A stretch of 64,000 nucleotides of DNA from the NCBI GenBank assembly GCA_951406725.2, contig OX597824.1, forward strand, positions 19,964,001 through 20,028,000, read 5' to 3'. A model generated the notes under the pieces. The model was not told the DNA's origin. It saw only the letters and a program-made list of their open reading frames with translations, and did not search any database. The DNA is from Octopus vulgaris (taxonomy: Eukaryota). Position 1 is the stretch's first letter. Every line of letters begins with the position of its first letter. Shown one piece after another: positions 13,380-25,750 of the stretch. The translations under genes were made by a program, and so were the position numbers.

Positions 13380-14133
13380 AAATTATGTAGGACACGATTG
13401 TTCTTTTAAAACCATTCTACTCTTTTGAAAATCACATTCAGATGAATCATACAGCAAAATACCTTGGACTGTCTGTGAGTGAATGGTTATCCAGCCATTC
13501 TTGCTGGCCTCCTGAACTGTTGTCTGTGCCAGCTTCCATTGCTCTAAGTAGGTGATGGACATCCATCACCCTCGGTGGGATGCTAATCTTTGACATTTCC
13601 CTTATCTTCATGGTAGAATTATGAACCCAAAGGTGTCACCCTCTGAACGGCTATGCCAAACATGATGCACAATTCTTGAACTGTGTTCCACGTTTTAGCC
13701 AATCCCTGAACAACAAAATGACAGGGGTCAGTGTAAAAGAGAGTTAGGAGTCTGAACTAGCTAAAGTCCCAGCGATTTAGTAGTCTTTTTGCTCAATATG
13801 CAAGAAGAAAATGTGTCTCACTACATTCAGAAAGACAGGATAGCCAAGAATGAAACCTTCATCGTCTAACAACCCATTTTCCATACTTTGCATGGGTCAA
13901 ACAGAATTTGCCGAGGTAGATTTCCTATGACTGGACGCCCTTCCTGTAACTAGCCCTCACCTTGTTTCTAAACAAGGTAATATTTTCCCATAGCTGGACG
14001 GGTTTTTCATGGAAGAGTGAACATGAACAATGCTGTTTATATGATGATGATGATGATGTTTATTTACAACCATCACATGATATGTAGATGAGGGATACAA
14101 TACATGCAAGTACACACACACACACGCGTTAAT

Positions 14134-14544
14134 GGGCGTCTTTCGGTTTCCCTCTACCAAATCCACTCACAAGGCTTTTTCGCCAGCTCAGGCTATAGTC
14201 GAAGGAACTCACCCAAAGTGCTGTGCTGTGGGACTGAACTCAACACCACATGGTCTGGGAGCAAGCTTCCCAACTACACACCTACTCTTGTGCCTTTGTT
14301 TATATATATGTCTGCTCAGGTGGTGAGCTGGCAGAACCATTAGCACACCAGGCGAAATACGTAGCCGTATTTCGTCTGCCGTTTCGTTCTGAGTTCAAAT
14401 TCCACTGAGGTCGACTTTGCCTTTCATCCTTTCGGAGTCGATAAATTAAGTACCAGTTACACACTGGGGTCGATGTAATCGACTTAATCCCTTTGTCTGT
14501 CCTTGTTTGTCCCCTCTATGTTTAGCCCCTTGTGGGCAATAAAG

Positions 14545-14548
<4 letters not shown>
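14134..14548. mobile_element. SINE A 5' half (minus, 14134-14295) adjacent to a full SINE B (plus, 14318-14548)
   Basis: Homology to other copies. SINE B is flanked by the TSD-like repeat ATATATATGTCTGCT. Confidence 0.85.
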
Positions 14549-14579
<31 letters not shown>

Positions 14580-15940
14580 TGCTTATTCAGGGTCCATCTG
14601 AGGCTAAACAGTGGTCACCAAACTATTTACTTCTGTGCTCTCAAGCCATAAACCGTCTTTTCTAAGTAGATTTGGTGCTTGAAGTGGTGGTCAAGCTAGT
14701 CACCACCACCAAGTCAACACTTACACAAACATACATCCTTACACACAAGCACACCTGTTCTGACATCATAGGCTAAATTAGACCAATTAAAAAAATGTCC
14801 ATAACTCTGAATTTAAATGGTGCCGAGGTGAACTTTGCCCTTCACCTCCCCCTGGGGTTGATAAAATACCAGTCAGGTACTAGGGGTTGATGGTATTCAT
14901 TAACCACTTTCCTTGAACCATTACCATTATTGCAATTATTATTATTATTATTATTATTATTGACCGTTTTGTGTTTAAACTGACCATATCTGGCCCTAGT
15001 ATTCTACATGTTCTATGTTCAAACTGGCCATATCTAGCCTCTCACATCTACCCTACATTGATATCCTCAAAATAATCACATTATTGAAACCTCAATTCTT
15101 TAAGATTATACAGGATGAATTCAAAACAATTTGTGTAAAAAAGCCTTACATAAGGGGTATAGCTGGCAGAATTGACAGGCATTGGGGGTAAAAAAAAAAA
15201 AAAAGCTTTGTTTCCGTATTCGTTCCAGTTCTTGATGTGAGTTCAAATCTTGTTACGGTCAGCTTCGTTTTTCATCCATCTGCGATTTGCAAAATGAAAT
15301 ACCAATCAAATTCCAAGGCGAATTGTATCAGCCAAACCCCACCCACACCACAAAATCTTTTGACCTTGTTTTTAAATTAGAAACAATTTCAATTATTCGA
15401 ATGCTGAACAGAATGCATTGTGTGCCCTTTCACATTCTGCTGAGCTGAGTCGAAGCCTGTCGTATATATGTGTGTGTGTGTTTGTTTGTCTGTATTTGTC
15501 CCCCTAGCATTGCTTGACAACCGATGCTGGTGTGTTTACGTCCCCGTCACTTAGCGGTTCGGCAAAAGAGAATGATAGAATAAGTACTGGGCTTACAAAG
15601 AATAAGTCCTGGGGGTCGATTTGCTTGACTAAAGGCGGTGGTCCAGCATGGCCACAGTCAAAGGACTGAAACAAGTAAAAAGAGAGATTTAACAGAGTAA
15701 TCCGAACGCTAAAGGGTTTTAAGCTGCTAGCAGAATTGACAGGAATGGGGGGGGGGGTTGGCTTCGTTTCCGTATTTGTTCTCCAGTTCTTTACTCTGTG
15801 AGTTCAAATCTTGGTATTGTGGTCAGCTTCGTTTTTCATCCATCTGCGATTTGCAAAATGAAATACCAATCAAATTCCGAGACCCCCAACGTTTGTTTTG
15901 TCTGTCCCCACCGTATTGTCCCCTCTTTTTCTCAACCTTA

Positions 15941-16230
15941 TCTATATATATAAAACTGTAGTTGTGTGAGTGTCTGTTCCCTTCGATTTAGATTCCTAAC
16001 TACTCCCACATTTTGCGGTGCAGTTTAACCAAATTCGGGTATCTTATAGTCATGATTCGTTGTCAAGGAGACCAGCGTTCTTTTAGAACAACGACTTCAT
16101 GGCTTGAAGACACCAAAACAGAAATGGCTAAGAAAGCCCAAATTGGCATCTATAAGGGAAGTAACTCTCTAAAAATGCTTATATAGTTATTTCCCTTACA
16201 AATCCGAGCAACGCCGGGCGATACTGCTAG
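15941..16230 (+). mobile_element. Non-autonomous Helitron
   Basis: A|TCTATATATATAAA 5' end, subterminal GC-rich hairpin-like CCGAGCAACGCCGGG, CTAG|T 3' end, inserted between A and T with no TSD. Confidence 0.75.
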
Positions 16231-16676
16231 TGGTGTATAAAGAAATTCTCTTCCTCTCTATAAGCAGCAGTAGCTGTAGTTCCCACTCAGATAACCACAT
16301 GTATATTATTATTATCGTTATTATTATTAATCCTGAAATCTGCATGCGTGTGCATAGGTTTTCGACTGGAATTGTAAAATGGTTTTTTGCTGTTAAGTGA
16401 CTTGAGGAATATGTTTCATGTCTGTTATGCAATTTGTAAATGACCTGACCTTAATGGAAGATGTCAACAATATGGGACTGACATGTTAGTGTGTGTCTTT
16501 GAGGAGTAGCTAATCGTTAACGCTGTATTTAGTCACTGGCACAAATTAATTAGTTCTGAAGCAATTAGACAGGACAGCGAAAAACAGAGTTACTGATCGA
16601 AATTGCAAGTTAATTACCCAGTTTGGTGTCGAAAGAGTTAAGAAGCAACCCTAGGATTATAATAAACTATAATACT

Positions 16677-16771
16677 GCAATGGTAGTACAAGTAGACAGC
16701 ATGTCAGTTTCATAATCAAACTGTCATGCTGAGCAATCTGAAGGTCGCAAGTTCAATCCTCGCATGGAGCA
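16677..16771 (+). pseudogene. Degenerate elongator tRNA-Met(CAT) with an intron at the canonical 37/38 position
   Basis: Aligns to the metazoan tRNA-Met(e) pattern GTCAGTCTCATAATCTGAAGGTCGTGAGTTCGATCCTCAC. Anticodon CAT at 16711-16713, about 21-nt insert at 16715-16735, B-box GTTCAATCC, T9 terminator. The acceptor stem pairs poorly. Confidence 0.75.
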
Positions 16772-17472
16772 TTTTTTTTTCCTAGTATTTTTTCTTTTTT
16801 TTTTTTTGAGTTTGTTGTTTCTTTCTTTTTTATCGTGGGGCAGATAGTAGAATCAGCGTGTAGTGCAGTGCTCAAAGTACCTTGTGGGTTTTTTTAATTC
16901 ATCCTTTTTACATTCTGAGTTCAAATAGTTGTCCAGCTCTGCTTCGTTATTCATATTTTCAAAGATCGCTAAAATAGATTTGCAGAGGTCATTGCAATTT
17001 GGCAAGCTTTAAATAAAGACACTCCCAGCATGGCTTGGGTTCTAATCACTGGAAACGGTAAATGATTAAAAGAATTGGAATGGCGGGATTATTGTTTTCT
17101 TCCCCCACCTCATCCCACACTCCTTCTGCTTGTACAAACTCAGAACATTTTGCAAGCGAATTAGGTGACACCAGTGGTGGTGGCATCAATTTTGCATATT
17201 GATCGACCACCTTCAATTGTTATAATAATGGTTTATGGTGGTTGAAAAAGGCAGTGATGGTGATTGCTGTATTAATTAACATCAGAGCAAAATGATTTTA
17301 ACAAATTTAGATAATTTTGTAAATGAATTCATTTACTAATGTCCAAACTACTACAGTTACCGGGTGTTATTTTACGATTTATTGCAAAACATGCACCTGT
17401 GAAATGAAAGCGCGTCGTTTTTACTGATTGGACAGTAGTGGTTAGACCAAGGATTGAACTCCTCAATCTATA

Positions 17473-17695
17473 TTTACTCTTACTCTTTACTCTTTTACTT
17501 GTTTCAGTCATTTGACTGCGGCCATGCTGGAGCACCGCCTTTAAGTCGAGCAAATCGACCCCGGGACTTATTCTTTTTGTAAGCTTTATCATTAAGTACT
17601 TATTCAATCGGTCTCTTTTGCCGAACCGCTAAGTGACGGAGACGTAAACACACCAGCATCGGTTGTCAAGCAATGCTAGGGGGACAAACACACGA

Positions 17696-17764
<69 letters not shown>

Positions 17765-17925
17765 TACGGCAGGCTTCTTTCAGTTTCCGTCTACCAAATC
17801 CACTCACAAGGCATTGGTCAGCCCGGGGCCATAGCAGAAGACACTTGCCCAAGATGCCACGCAGTGGATTGAACCCGGAACCATGTGGTTGGTTAGCAAG
17901 CTACTTACCACACAGCCACTCCTGC
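17473..17925 (-). mobile_element. SINE family A, full length
   Basis: Reverse complement of the 22913-23316 copy, with an internal (TA)n(TG)n tract and a (GAGTAAA)n tail. Confidence 0.9.
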
Positions 17926-18529
17926 TGGTTTCTTAATTTAAATTTTATTTATTATTTGTTTGTTTTTTCCTTCATGCAAAAACTTGTTTTGATTTGGGGA
18001 ATATTTTTGTTGGGTGGTGGTGCTGGGAGGGTATTTTCGGTCTATTTGAAGTTTCTAATTACTAGATGGTTGTTTAGCTTCATAGAGGGCGAAAAACTAT
18101 GAAGAATTTGATTATGAAATTAGATTTGGCATAATTTAAGTTTGAAACCTGTTCCGGTTGGACATATTGCAGGAAAACCCTAGCAGTTCTGTAGAGTAAA
18201 ACATATTTTAGCAATGGCAGTTGGAGTACTAATCGTATTTTCTGTGTTTGTATCATCATTATCATCATCATCATCATCATATTGTCTGCTTTCCTTTGAT
18301 TGGACGATTTTCACAGGTTCTAGCAGGCTGAAGAACCACGTCTTATTCCTATGTCATGAGTTTTAAAACATGGTTTCTGAGATGCTGGAATAAAACATGG
18401 TTCTCCAACATCTGTGTGTGCATATATATATATACAAACACACACACACATTATATATGTGTAGTTTGCCTTTCTGTTAAGGTAAGATCAACAAAAACTG
18501 TACTCCATCTGATGAGAGGCAAATATTGT

Positions 18530-18759
18530 TTAACCCTTTTGATATCAACCTGCCTGAAACCGCCTCTGGCTCTGTGATACAAATGTCTTGTTTTCAAAAT
18601 TTCTGAATTAAAATCTTCCACCAAACCTTAGTCACAATTTATGTTCCTAACACTAGCTTAATGATAACTAAGCTATTTTATTAAATTCTTTGTTATATTT
18701 AAAATTAATTGAAAGAAACACAGAGCATCTCAAAATAAATATGGTAACAAAAGGGTTAA
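18530..18759. mobile_element. TTAA-flanked piggyBac-like MITE (family 1)
   Basis: TTAA-CCCTTTTG...CAAAAGGG-TTAA terminal inverted repeats. A partial second copy starts at the shared TTAA. Homologs at 56991 and 61135. Confidence 0.85.
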
Positions 18760-19239
18760 CCATTTCATTACCAACCCGGCTGAAACCGGTTCTGGCTCTG
18801 TAGTACAAATGTCTTGTAGTCAAATCATCCAACCCATGCTAGCATGGAAAGCGGACATTAAACGATGATGATGATATATATACATACATGTGATCTGTGT
18901 TTGTGTGTGTGTGTCTATATATCTGTGTTTCTGTGTTACTATATATATGATATATGTTTGTGAGTGTGTGTGTGTTTGTGTGTCTATAAAATAAATGTAT
19001 GAGGGATGATGATGATGATCTTTTAACTGATCCTTTTCCTATTTGTTATTCTTTCTCCTGCAATAACTGCCCTACCCTTTGTTATTTTACAATCCTTGGG
19101 TTTGCAGTGTATTTAATTAAATTCATTATTTATTAATTAATAATTCATCAATTGCCTTATAATGAGGTGTACTCTTAATAACTCTTCTTTAAGCACCTCC
19201 ATTAGCCAAGTAGATCTGCCAGGATCTAAAATATCCCTA

Positions 19240-19275
<36 letters not shown>

Positions 19276-19799
19276 TATTTATATTATTATATGATTGAGT
19301 GCTACGCATCCTCCTTCAAGTAAGTTTTATCTTAATAATTCTGATGCGCACTCTATATGATCTGTTTATTCTTTCATTTTTCTCACTTATTCTATTACCT
19401 CTTCCTCTCCCACTATTCTGTCCTTTTCCTCTGTCACCCTCTCTCTCTCTCTCTCTCTCTCTCACTCCTCCTCCCTTACTCACGTGGCTCCCACATGTCC
19501 ATCAGCCATCTTTCTTTCTCTCCGTTGTAGCTGGAACAAGGAAAGTGTGTTCTTGTTTGTCTCCTGTTCTGGCTTCATTTACGTGTTCGCCGCCACAACC
19601 TCGTTTAGGTGTAGCAGCCCTTCTTGTTTCTTTTCGCTGTCCTGTTTGTGTTACCAATATTAACCCTCTGCAAAATCCCAAATTTTACTTAATTTGCTTT
19701 GCGGGAGCAACTGTTTTTATCGAAAGCATATATTGTTGTTAAATGCTCAAAATACAAGACTAGAAAAGCAGCCGACAACTGATGAAGGGTCATTCTTTA

Positions 19800-20140
19800 T
19801 GTTCTTTCTCTCTTCCTTCTTTCTTTCCTTCTCTTTTCCATTGATACTTCTTTCAGATACAAAAGCACACACACACATACATGCACTCTCTCTCACTTTC
19901 TCCCCATTCCTTACCCTCTTTTGCTATCTTGTATATCTCTCCACCCCTACACACTCAATAATACTATAAAAAGAGATGAATCTCCCCAAAACATTCAAAT
20001 CTGAAGAATCCACTAGAGTGGATGCAAGCACTAATATATGATTTATAAAAACATGTGACATATTAATAAATATAAAACCATCCAGATTTCTGAATACCTC
20101 ATTTCTTCTAATATATAATACCTGTACATCACCTCCAAAC
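19800..20140 (+). mobile_element. Interspersed repeat, probably a Penelope-like terminal repeat, with a hammerhead-like motif at 20001-20032
   Basis: Homologous to 36620-37060 and partly to 21530-21930. Contains CTGAAGA-ATCCAC(TAGA)GTGGAT-GCAA. Confidence 0.55.
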
Positions 20141-20156
20141 CTTTTAATATATTTAT

Positions 20157-21230
20157 TTGGATGTACAAGACATCAGAATGGATGGATTAGTATCAGACCC
20201 ACAAACAGAGGATACCAAAAATACAGAAAACATGACAGGAATACACAACGTCGAAAAGAATGGAACAGAATTAAACCCACAACGGACTTATACCAAACAC
20301 ACAGAAGACCTAACACAATTCTGCAAAATATGCAACATTAAAATAAATGAGGTTAAACGATGATGATGATGATGATGATGATGAGGCAGAATCACACTCA
20401 CAACAGAGAAATACCAGAAGTATGGAAGATCTACTCGCAGAAACCTGCAGTAAGTTGAATTTGCTTCTTTCAAGAATCGACACTGTCTTCGCAAACTTTG
20501 ACTTGACAATAAATACGATCCAAACACAAGGTATTCTCTGTAAAAATAATCAAGCAAGCATAACTGACAACACAAATCTTTTGGTGGGACCATCCCAATG
20601 GAGAAGAAACAAAATCTGACACACACCAAAAAAAAACCTTCAAAGCCCCAAGACTGGAACAAACTTCTAAACCAACACAAACATGCTTATTGGAAAAGCA
20701 TATGCTGTAAGAACATAGCCAACATATACCAAAACTGGCGGGACAAGAAGAACCCAATACTCCCTAGAAAATTCCTTGTCAAAGAAATAAGGGGTGAAAC
20801 ACTGGAAGAAACAATATGTGCAAACCTAGCTCTATGCTGACTGGAAGCGGAAATTTCCCTTCTACAAACATGAAGATTACATCAGGAAGATAAGATTAAA
20901 ATAATTGAGGCTGAAATAACAGAAAGGAACAATAACCAAAACAAGGAAAAACTACAACAATTACGGAAAGAGGATACCAAACGAGAGGAGGAAAGACCCA
21001 GAATTATGTGGACCACACAATAGGAGTGGTTCCTAAACTACAAAAAGAACTATGGGGGGGAAATCCATTTTGGAAACAAAACCACCAAAACAAACGAAAA
21101 GATACAACAAACCCCAAAAAATACTTCATAACAAAGTTCTCCCCCAAACTGAATGGCTGAAAACATTTCGGTAATGATTTGTACTGGATGAAGGACCAAT
21201 TTTGTAATGTTAATTGTATTAAACACACAC
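20157..21230 (+). pseudogene. Frameshifted A-rich ORF relic, probably a retroelement ORF1-like region
   Basis: Consecutive broken + strand ORFs with protein-like composition (WNKLLNQHKHAYWKSICCKNIANIYQNWRDKKNPILPRKFLVKEIRGE). Stops and frameshifts present, and no splice signals tie it to BCL11. Confidence 0.4.
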
Positions 21231-21247
21231 ACAGTACTATACATATG

Positions 21248-21460
21248 TCATCATCATCATCATCATCATCGTTTAGCATCCGTTTTCCATGCTAGCATGG
21301 GTTGGACGGTTCAACTGGGGTCTGTGAAGCCGGAAGGCTTCATCAGGCCCAGTCAGATCTGGCAGTGTTTCTACGGCTGGATGCTCTTTCTAACGCCAAC
21401 CTCTCCGTGAGTGTAGTGGGCGCTTTTTACGTGCCACCCTCACAGGGTGGCACGTAAAAA
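21248..21460 (-). mobile_element. SINE family C, truncated
   Basis: Homology to 763-1140. Confidence 0.85.
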
Positions 21461-21529
21461 TGTGTATATACATAAACAGAAACAATCTTACATCCCGATT
21501 CTCCAACCCATACCAGCACGGGAATCAAA

Positions 21530-21930
21530 CATTGGATTGAAAGAACTGAACAGCTGTATAGATGTAAACACAATTTTTTCTTCCTTCTTTCTTTCCTTCT
21601 CTTTTCCATTGACACTCCTTTCAGATCCACACACACAAAACACACACTCTCTCTCTCTCACTGAACAATGATGAAAAGAAATCCAGACAATTTTTTGCCT
21701 TGGAGTAGCCACATGGTTTTGCCATTTTTAAAGGCCAAGAATCACTTTCTGTTGAAAGAACTGACCAGCTGTATAGATGTAAACACATTTTTTTTCTTTT
21801 TCCTCTCTTCCTTCTTTCTTTTGTTTCCATTGACACTTCTTTCAGATACACATACACACACTCTCTCTCACTGGACAATGATAAAAAGAAATCCAGACAA
21901 TTTTTTAAAAATTAACTTTTATCAAAGCAA
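21530..21930 (+). repeat. Partial tandem duplication of the 19800/36620 repeat family
   Basis: TTGAAAGAACTGA(A/C)CAGCTGTATAGATGTAAACACA...AAAGAAATCCAGACAATTTTTT occurs twice, about 215 bp apart. Confidence 0.75.
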
Positions 21931-22153
21931 GACCCAGCAGCAGCTGATGTACATGCGTGTACAAATGCACGTTCCCATGGCTTTATCGATCCCATTCTCA
22001 CCTGGAATCAACTTTTGTAATTTTTTCAAGACTTATACACGCCCTGATACCATCGGTATCTACATATCAAATTTGAGCGCAATCGGATGGAGGATGCCCG
22101 AGATCCTAAAAGACACACACACACAGACAGGCAGAACAGCCATATATATATTA

Positions 22154-22523
22154 TCTCTATATATATAAACGGCAAAATGTCTGCGTGTGTGTCCTTTATA
22201 CAAATCCACAATTTTTCAGTTAGAGGGTTGGCACTTTCTATGGTCATTCAAAACCGTCCAACGATGGTCCTGCACATCTTTACATTTCCCCAGTCACCCC
22301 ACAAAGCCATTAAAAAATCAATAGAAGTGATTTTTTTGTGAATTTTCTATCCAAAACCCAATCAAAATGCCCAAAACTTGATACGCCAATTGAATGCCAG
22401 CTAGCTGTATGGTGATTGGTCAGAGATTTGGACAGTACTTGCGTGTATGTGTACACACACACACACGCAGCTGTATATGCATGCACTAGCACTATGACCC
22501 GGTGTTGCCGGGTCATAATGCTA

Positions 22524-22524
<1 letters not shown>
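22154..22524 (+). mobile_element. Non-autonomous Helitron
   Basis: A|TCTCTATATATATAAA start, perfect 10-bp hairpin TATGACCCGG-TGTTG-CCGGGTCATA (22493-22517), CTAG|T end. Confidence 0.85.
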
Positions 22525-22563
<39 letters not shown>

Positions 22564-22585
22564 TTTTATTATTTATATATATATA

Positions 22586-22794
22586 TTAAGAAACACACAA
22601 AATCTGTTAGATTCTCTTCAAGATTTAAATTTAATTTGCCAAAATATTTTCAGCGATTTGAGACCGTGACCTGTTCACTGACAAAGCTCCGTGCTGCATC
22701 AGTGGACAGGTCGCGGTTTCAAAGCGACGAAAATATTTTGACAAATTAAATTTAAATGTTGAAGTGAATCTAACAGATTTTGTGTGTTTCTTAA
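22586..22794. repeat. Long inverted repeat (about 96-bp arms, about 17-nt spacer)
   Basis: TTAAGAAACACACAAAATCTGTTAGATTC... pairs with ...GAATCTAACAGATTTTGTGTGTTTCTTAA. Confidence 0.9.
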
Positions 22795-22912
22795 ATGGCT
22801 TATAAACACCTTCCACGCTGCAATTGTTTTCGTTCCAGCACACAATGTCAAATCAGGTCACTTGCTATGCAAGTACATCTCTGTATATATATATATTATT
22901 ATTTATATTATA

Positions 22913-23083
22913 GGTGCAGGAGTGGCTGTGTGGTAAGTAGCTTGCTAACCAACCACATGGTTCCGGGTTCAGTCCCACTGCGTGGCATCTTGGGCAAGTG
23001 TCTTCTGCTATAGCCCCGGGCCGACCAATGCCTTGTGAGTGGATTTGGTAGACGGAAACTGAAAGAAGCCTGTCGTATATATG

Positions 23084-23114
<31 letters not shown>

Positions 23115-23316
23115 ATTCGTGTGTTTGTCCCCCTAGCATTGCTTGACAACCGATGCTGGTGTGTTTATGTCCCCGTCACTTAGCGGTTCGGCAAAAGAGA
23201 CCGATAGAATAAGTACTGAGCTTACAAAGAATAAGTCCCAGGATCGATTTGTTCGACTAAAGGCGGTGCTCCAGCATGGCCACAGTCAAATGACTGAAAC
23301 GAGTAAAAGAGAGAGA
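22913..23316 (+). mobile_element. SINE family A, full length (tRNA-derived head)
   Basis: A-box TGGCTGTGTGG, B-box GGTTCAGTCC, internal microsatellite, GAAACGAGTAAAAGAG tail. More than 15 copies or fragments occur in the window. Confidence 0.9.
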
Positions 23317-25431
23317 GATATATATATATATATCATCATCATATAATGTTTGTTTCTTTTTCCATGCTGAAAAAAGTTTAATAAAGCTAAGGAAATTATT
23401 GTTAGTAAACAGTGTTGTTGATTTGAAGCATGCAACTGTTTCTGCAAATAAGGCTTCAGATAATATATATGTGTTTTAGAACCAGGAGAGCCTTGTGCTG
23501 CGTCAAAGCTGAGAATTCTAAGTCGAGAGGAAGAGGGGGCGGAAAAAACGATGTTAAATTAAGTTCATCCTGAAGTCATCTGCATGGGAACAAAAGCTGC
23601 AGATGGTAGCACTGTAGAAGAGTATGAATGAGAAAGTGAGTGGAGCCTTATGCATACCTTATCCCCCTCTCTCCTGCTCACCTTCCCCTGGTGTAAGAAC
23701 AATGGTGCCAGTGAAATTGTTTCCTTGGAAACTATGGTAAATGAGATACAGTGGGTTTTAGCCAATGATCTGTGAGTATTGGACAAATGTTTTACGCAAA
23801 AAAAAAAAATAGCCCAAAAAACTGTATTTTGTGAAAGAATTCAAGGCATCATAATTTGCTGACAGACTTAATAAATGTCAAATGTTTGTGTTTTATAGTT
23901 GCCTATAGAACATGAACCAATTCTTTCTGTTTGATATGGAGAATTACAAGAATTTTTTGGGGGAAAAAAAAAACAAAAAAAAATAGTTTATCTTTTACTA
24001 CAAGACTCTCTTAATACTTATTTGTTGTCTATAGAGGAACTTTTTTTTATTTTATTTTATTTTTTCTTGGAATATATGAGGAATTTAATTTTTAAAGTTT
24101 TGACAGTATTTGATCCAAGTGATTGGGAAAATGTCAGATGCATCAGAAACCGCATCATCATCATCACCAACAGTTTTCCACCAAGATTGTCTTTACATTT
24201 ACCGTTTCTGGGGTCGTTAAAATAAAATAACAGTCAAACACTGGTGGGGCAATGGTAGTGACTAACCCACTCCCCAATCAGAATTGCTGGTTTCACTATC
24301 CTTTATATAGTCCTAAATGTTCTTAGCAGCCCTTGTGGCCAATAAAGTATTTATCAAAACATCTGTATTATCAAGGGCATGGCTGTGTGTTTAGTTTCTT
24401 TCCCAACCACATGATTCTAGGTTCAGTCCCACTGCCGGGCACCTTGGGCAAATGTCTTCTACCATAGCCTCAGGCCAACCAACGCCTTGTGAGTGGATTT
24501 GGAAAGCGGAAACTGAAAGAAACCCGTTGTGTATGTATATTGGTTAATGCTGTTTTGGATACACTTTTTTTATGTGAATATGATGAAGTGGTCATGACTG
24601 GAATGTCTTCGATCATAGGTGTGTTTATAGTCAAAGCTGATGAGGATGTGTTCGGTGATGATATGGCTTTACAACCTCAGGGTTCCTAATTAGATTCCAT
24701 TCTGCAACACCTTGCGTAAACAATAATGTCTGTTTTGACCTGACCAGTGCCTTGAGAGAGAAATATGGTAGATAGAAATTGTGTCCACTTACTGAATCTA
24801 GGAGAAGGTGCAGTACTTGTGACCATTAAAGACCCTCTAAAATTGGTGAACTTGATGATGTTAATGTTACATTTGGACTGTTGTGGGTCAACACCTGCGG
24901 TGGGGACATATGCAGAGAAGAGATTCCAAAGGGATAACACTCAGGGGGAAGGGGTGGGGATAGTGATGCTGGTAGTCGTAGTGTCTGTATTGCAAGAGAC
25001 AAATAAGTTTAGTGGTGCCAGAATGGTGGGAATACAGTGTGTGTGTGTGTGTGTGTGGTAGTAAAGGATATAAGCACAGATGAAAATAGTGAAAAACTAG
25101 TAAGATTGAAATTCCTTGATGTTTGTTTTGTATTGAGTTACAGACACTCCCTTATCACTCGGACAATCAGGAATGGTGAGAACTGGTTATGAGCTCTTTG
25201 GGAATATCTAACCAGAGATGCTATTATTCACCAACTGCAATATAAAATAGATACATAAGCAGTTATAGGCACAGGCATGGCTGTGCGGTCTTCTACTATA
25301 GCCCCTGGCTGACTTAATCCTTGTGAGTGGATTTGGTTGACAGAAACTGAAAGAAGCCCATTGTGTGTGTGTGTTTCACTGTCATAAATGCTGTCTTTTA
25401 TTTCCTATCTTCCATGAAACCATATCTGGTT

Positions 25432-25750
25432 ATCATCATCGCTTAACATCTGTTTTCCATGCTGGCATGGGTTGGACGGTTCGACCAGGGTTTGGGAAGC
25501 CAGGAGGCTGCACCAGGCTCCAGTCTGATCTGGCAGTGTTTCTACAGCTGGATGCCCTTCCTTACGCCAACCTCTCCGTGAGTGTAGTGGGTGCTTTTTA
25601 TGTGCCACTGGCACAGGGGCTAGAGGAGGCTGGCAAACAGCCATTGATCGGTTGGTGCTTTTTATGTGTCACCGACACGGACGCCAGTCAAGCGGCTCTG
25701 GAAACTGCCACGTTCAGATGGTGCTTTTAATGTGTCACCGGCACGGGTAT
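25432..25750 (-). mobile_element. SINE family C
   Basis: Homology to other C copies, with internal repeated GGTGCTTTT..GTGTCACCG modules. Confidence 0.85.

Noticed and set aside
18466-18487. AAG|GTAAGA and similar AG|GT sites (41424, 36302, 57256) as further recursive sites
   Set aside because: Each lacks either a convincing polypyrimidine tract/YAG or a strong donor.
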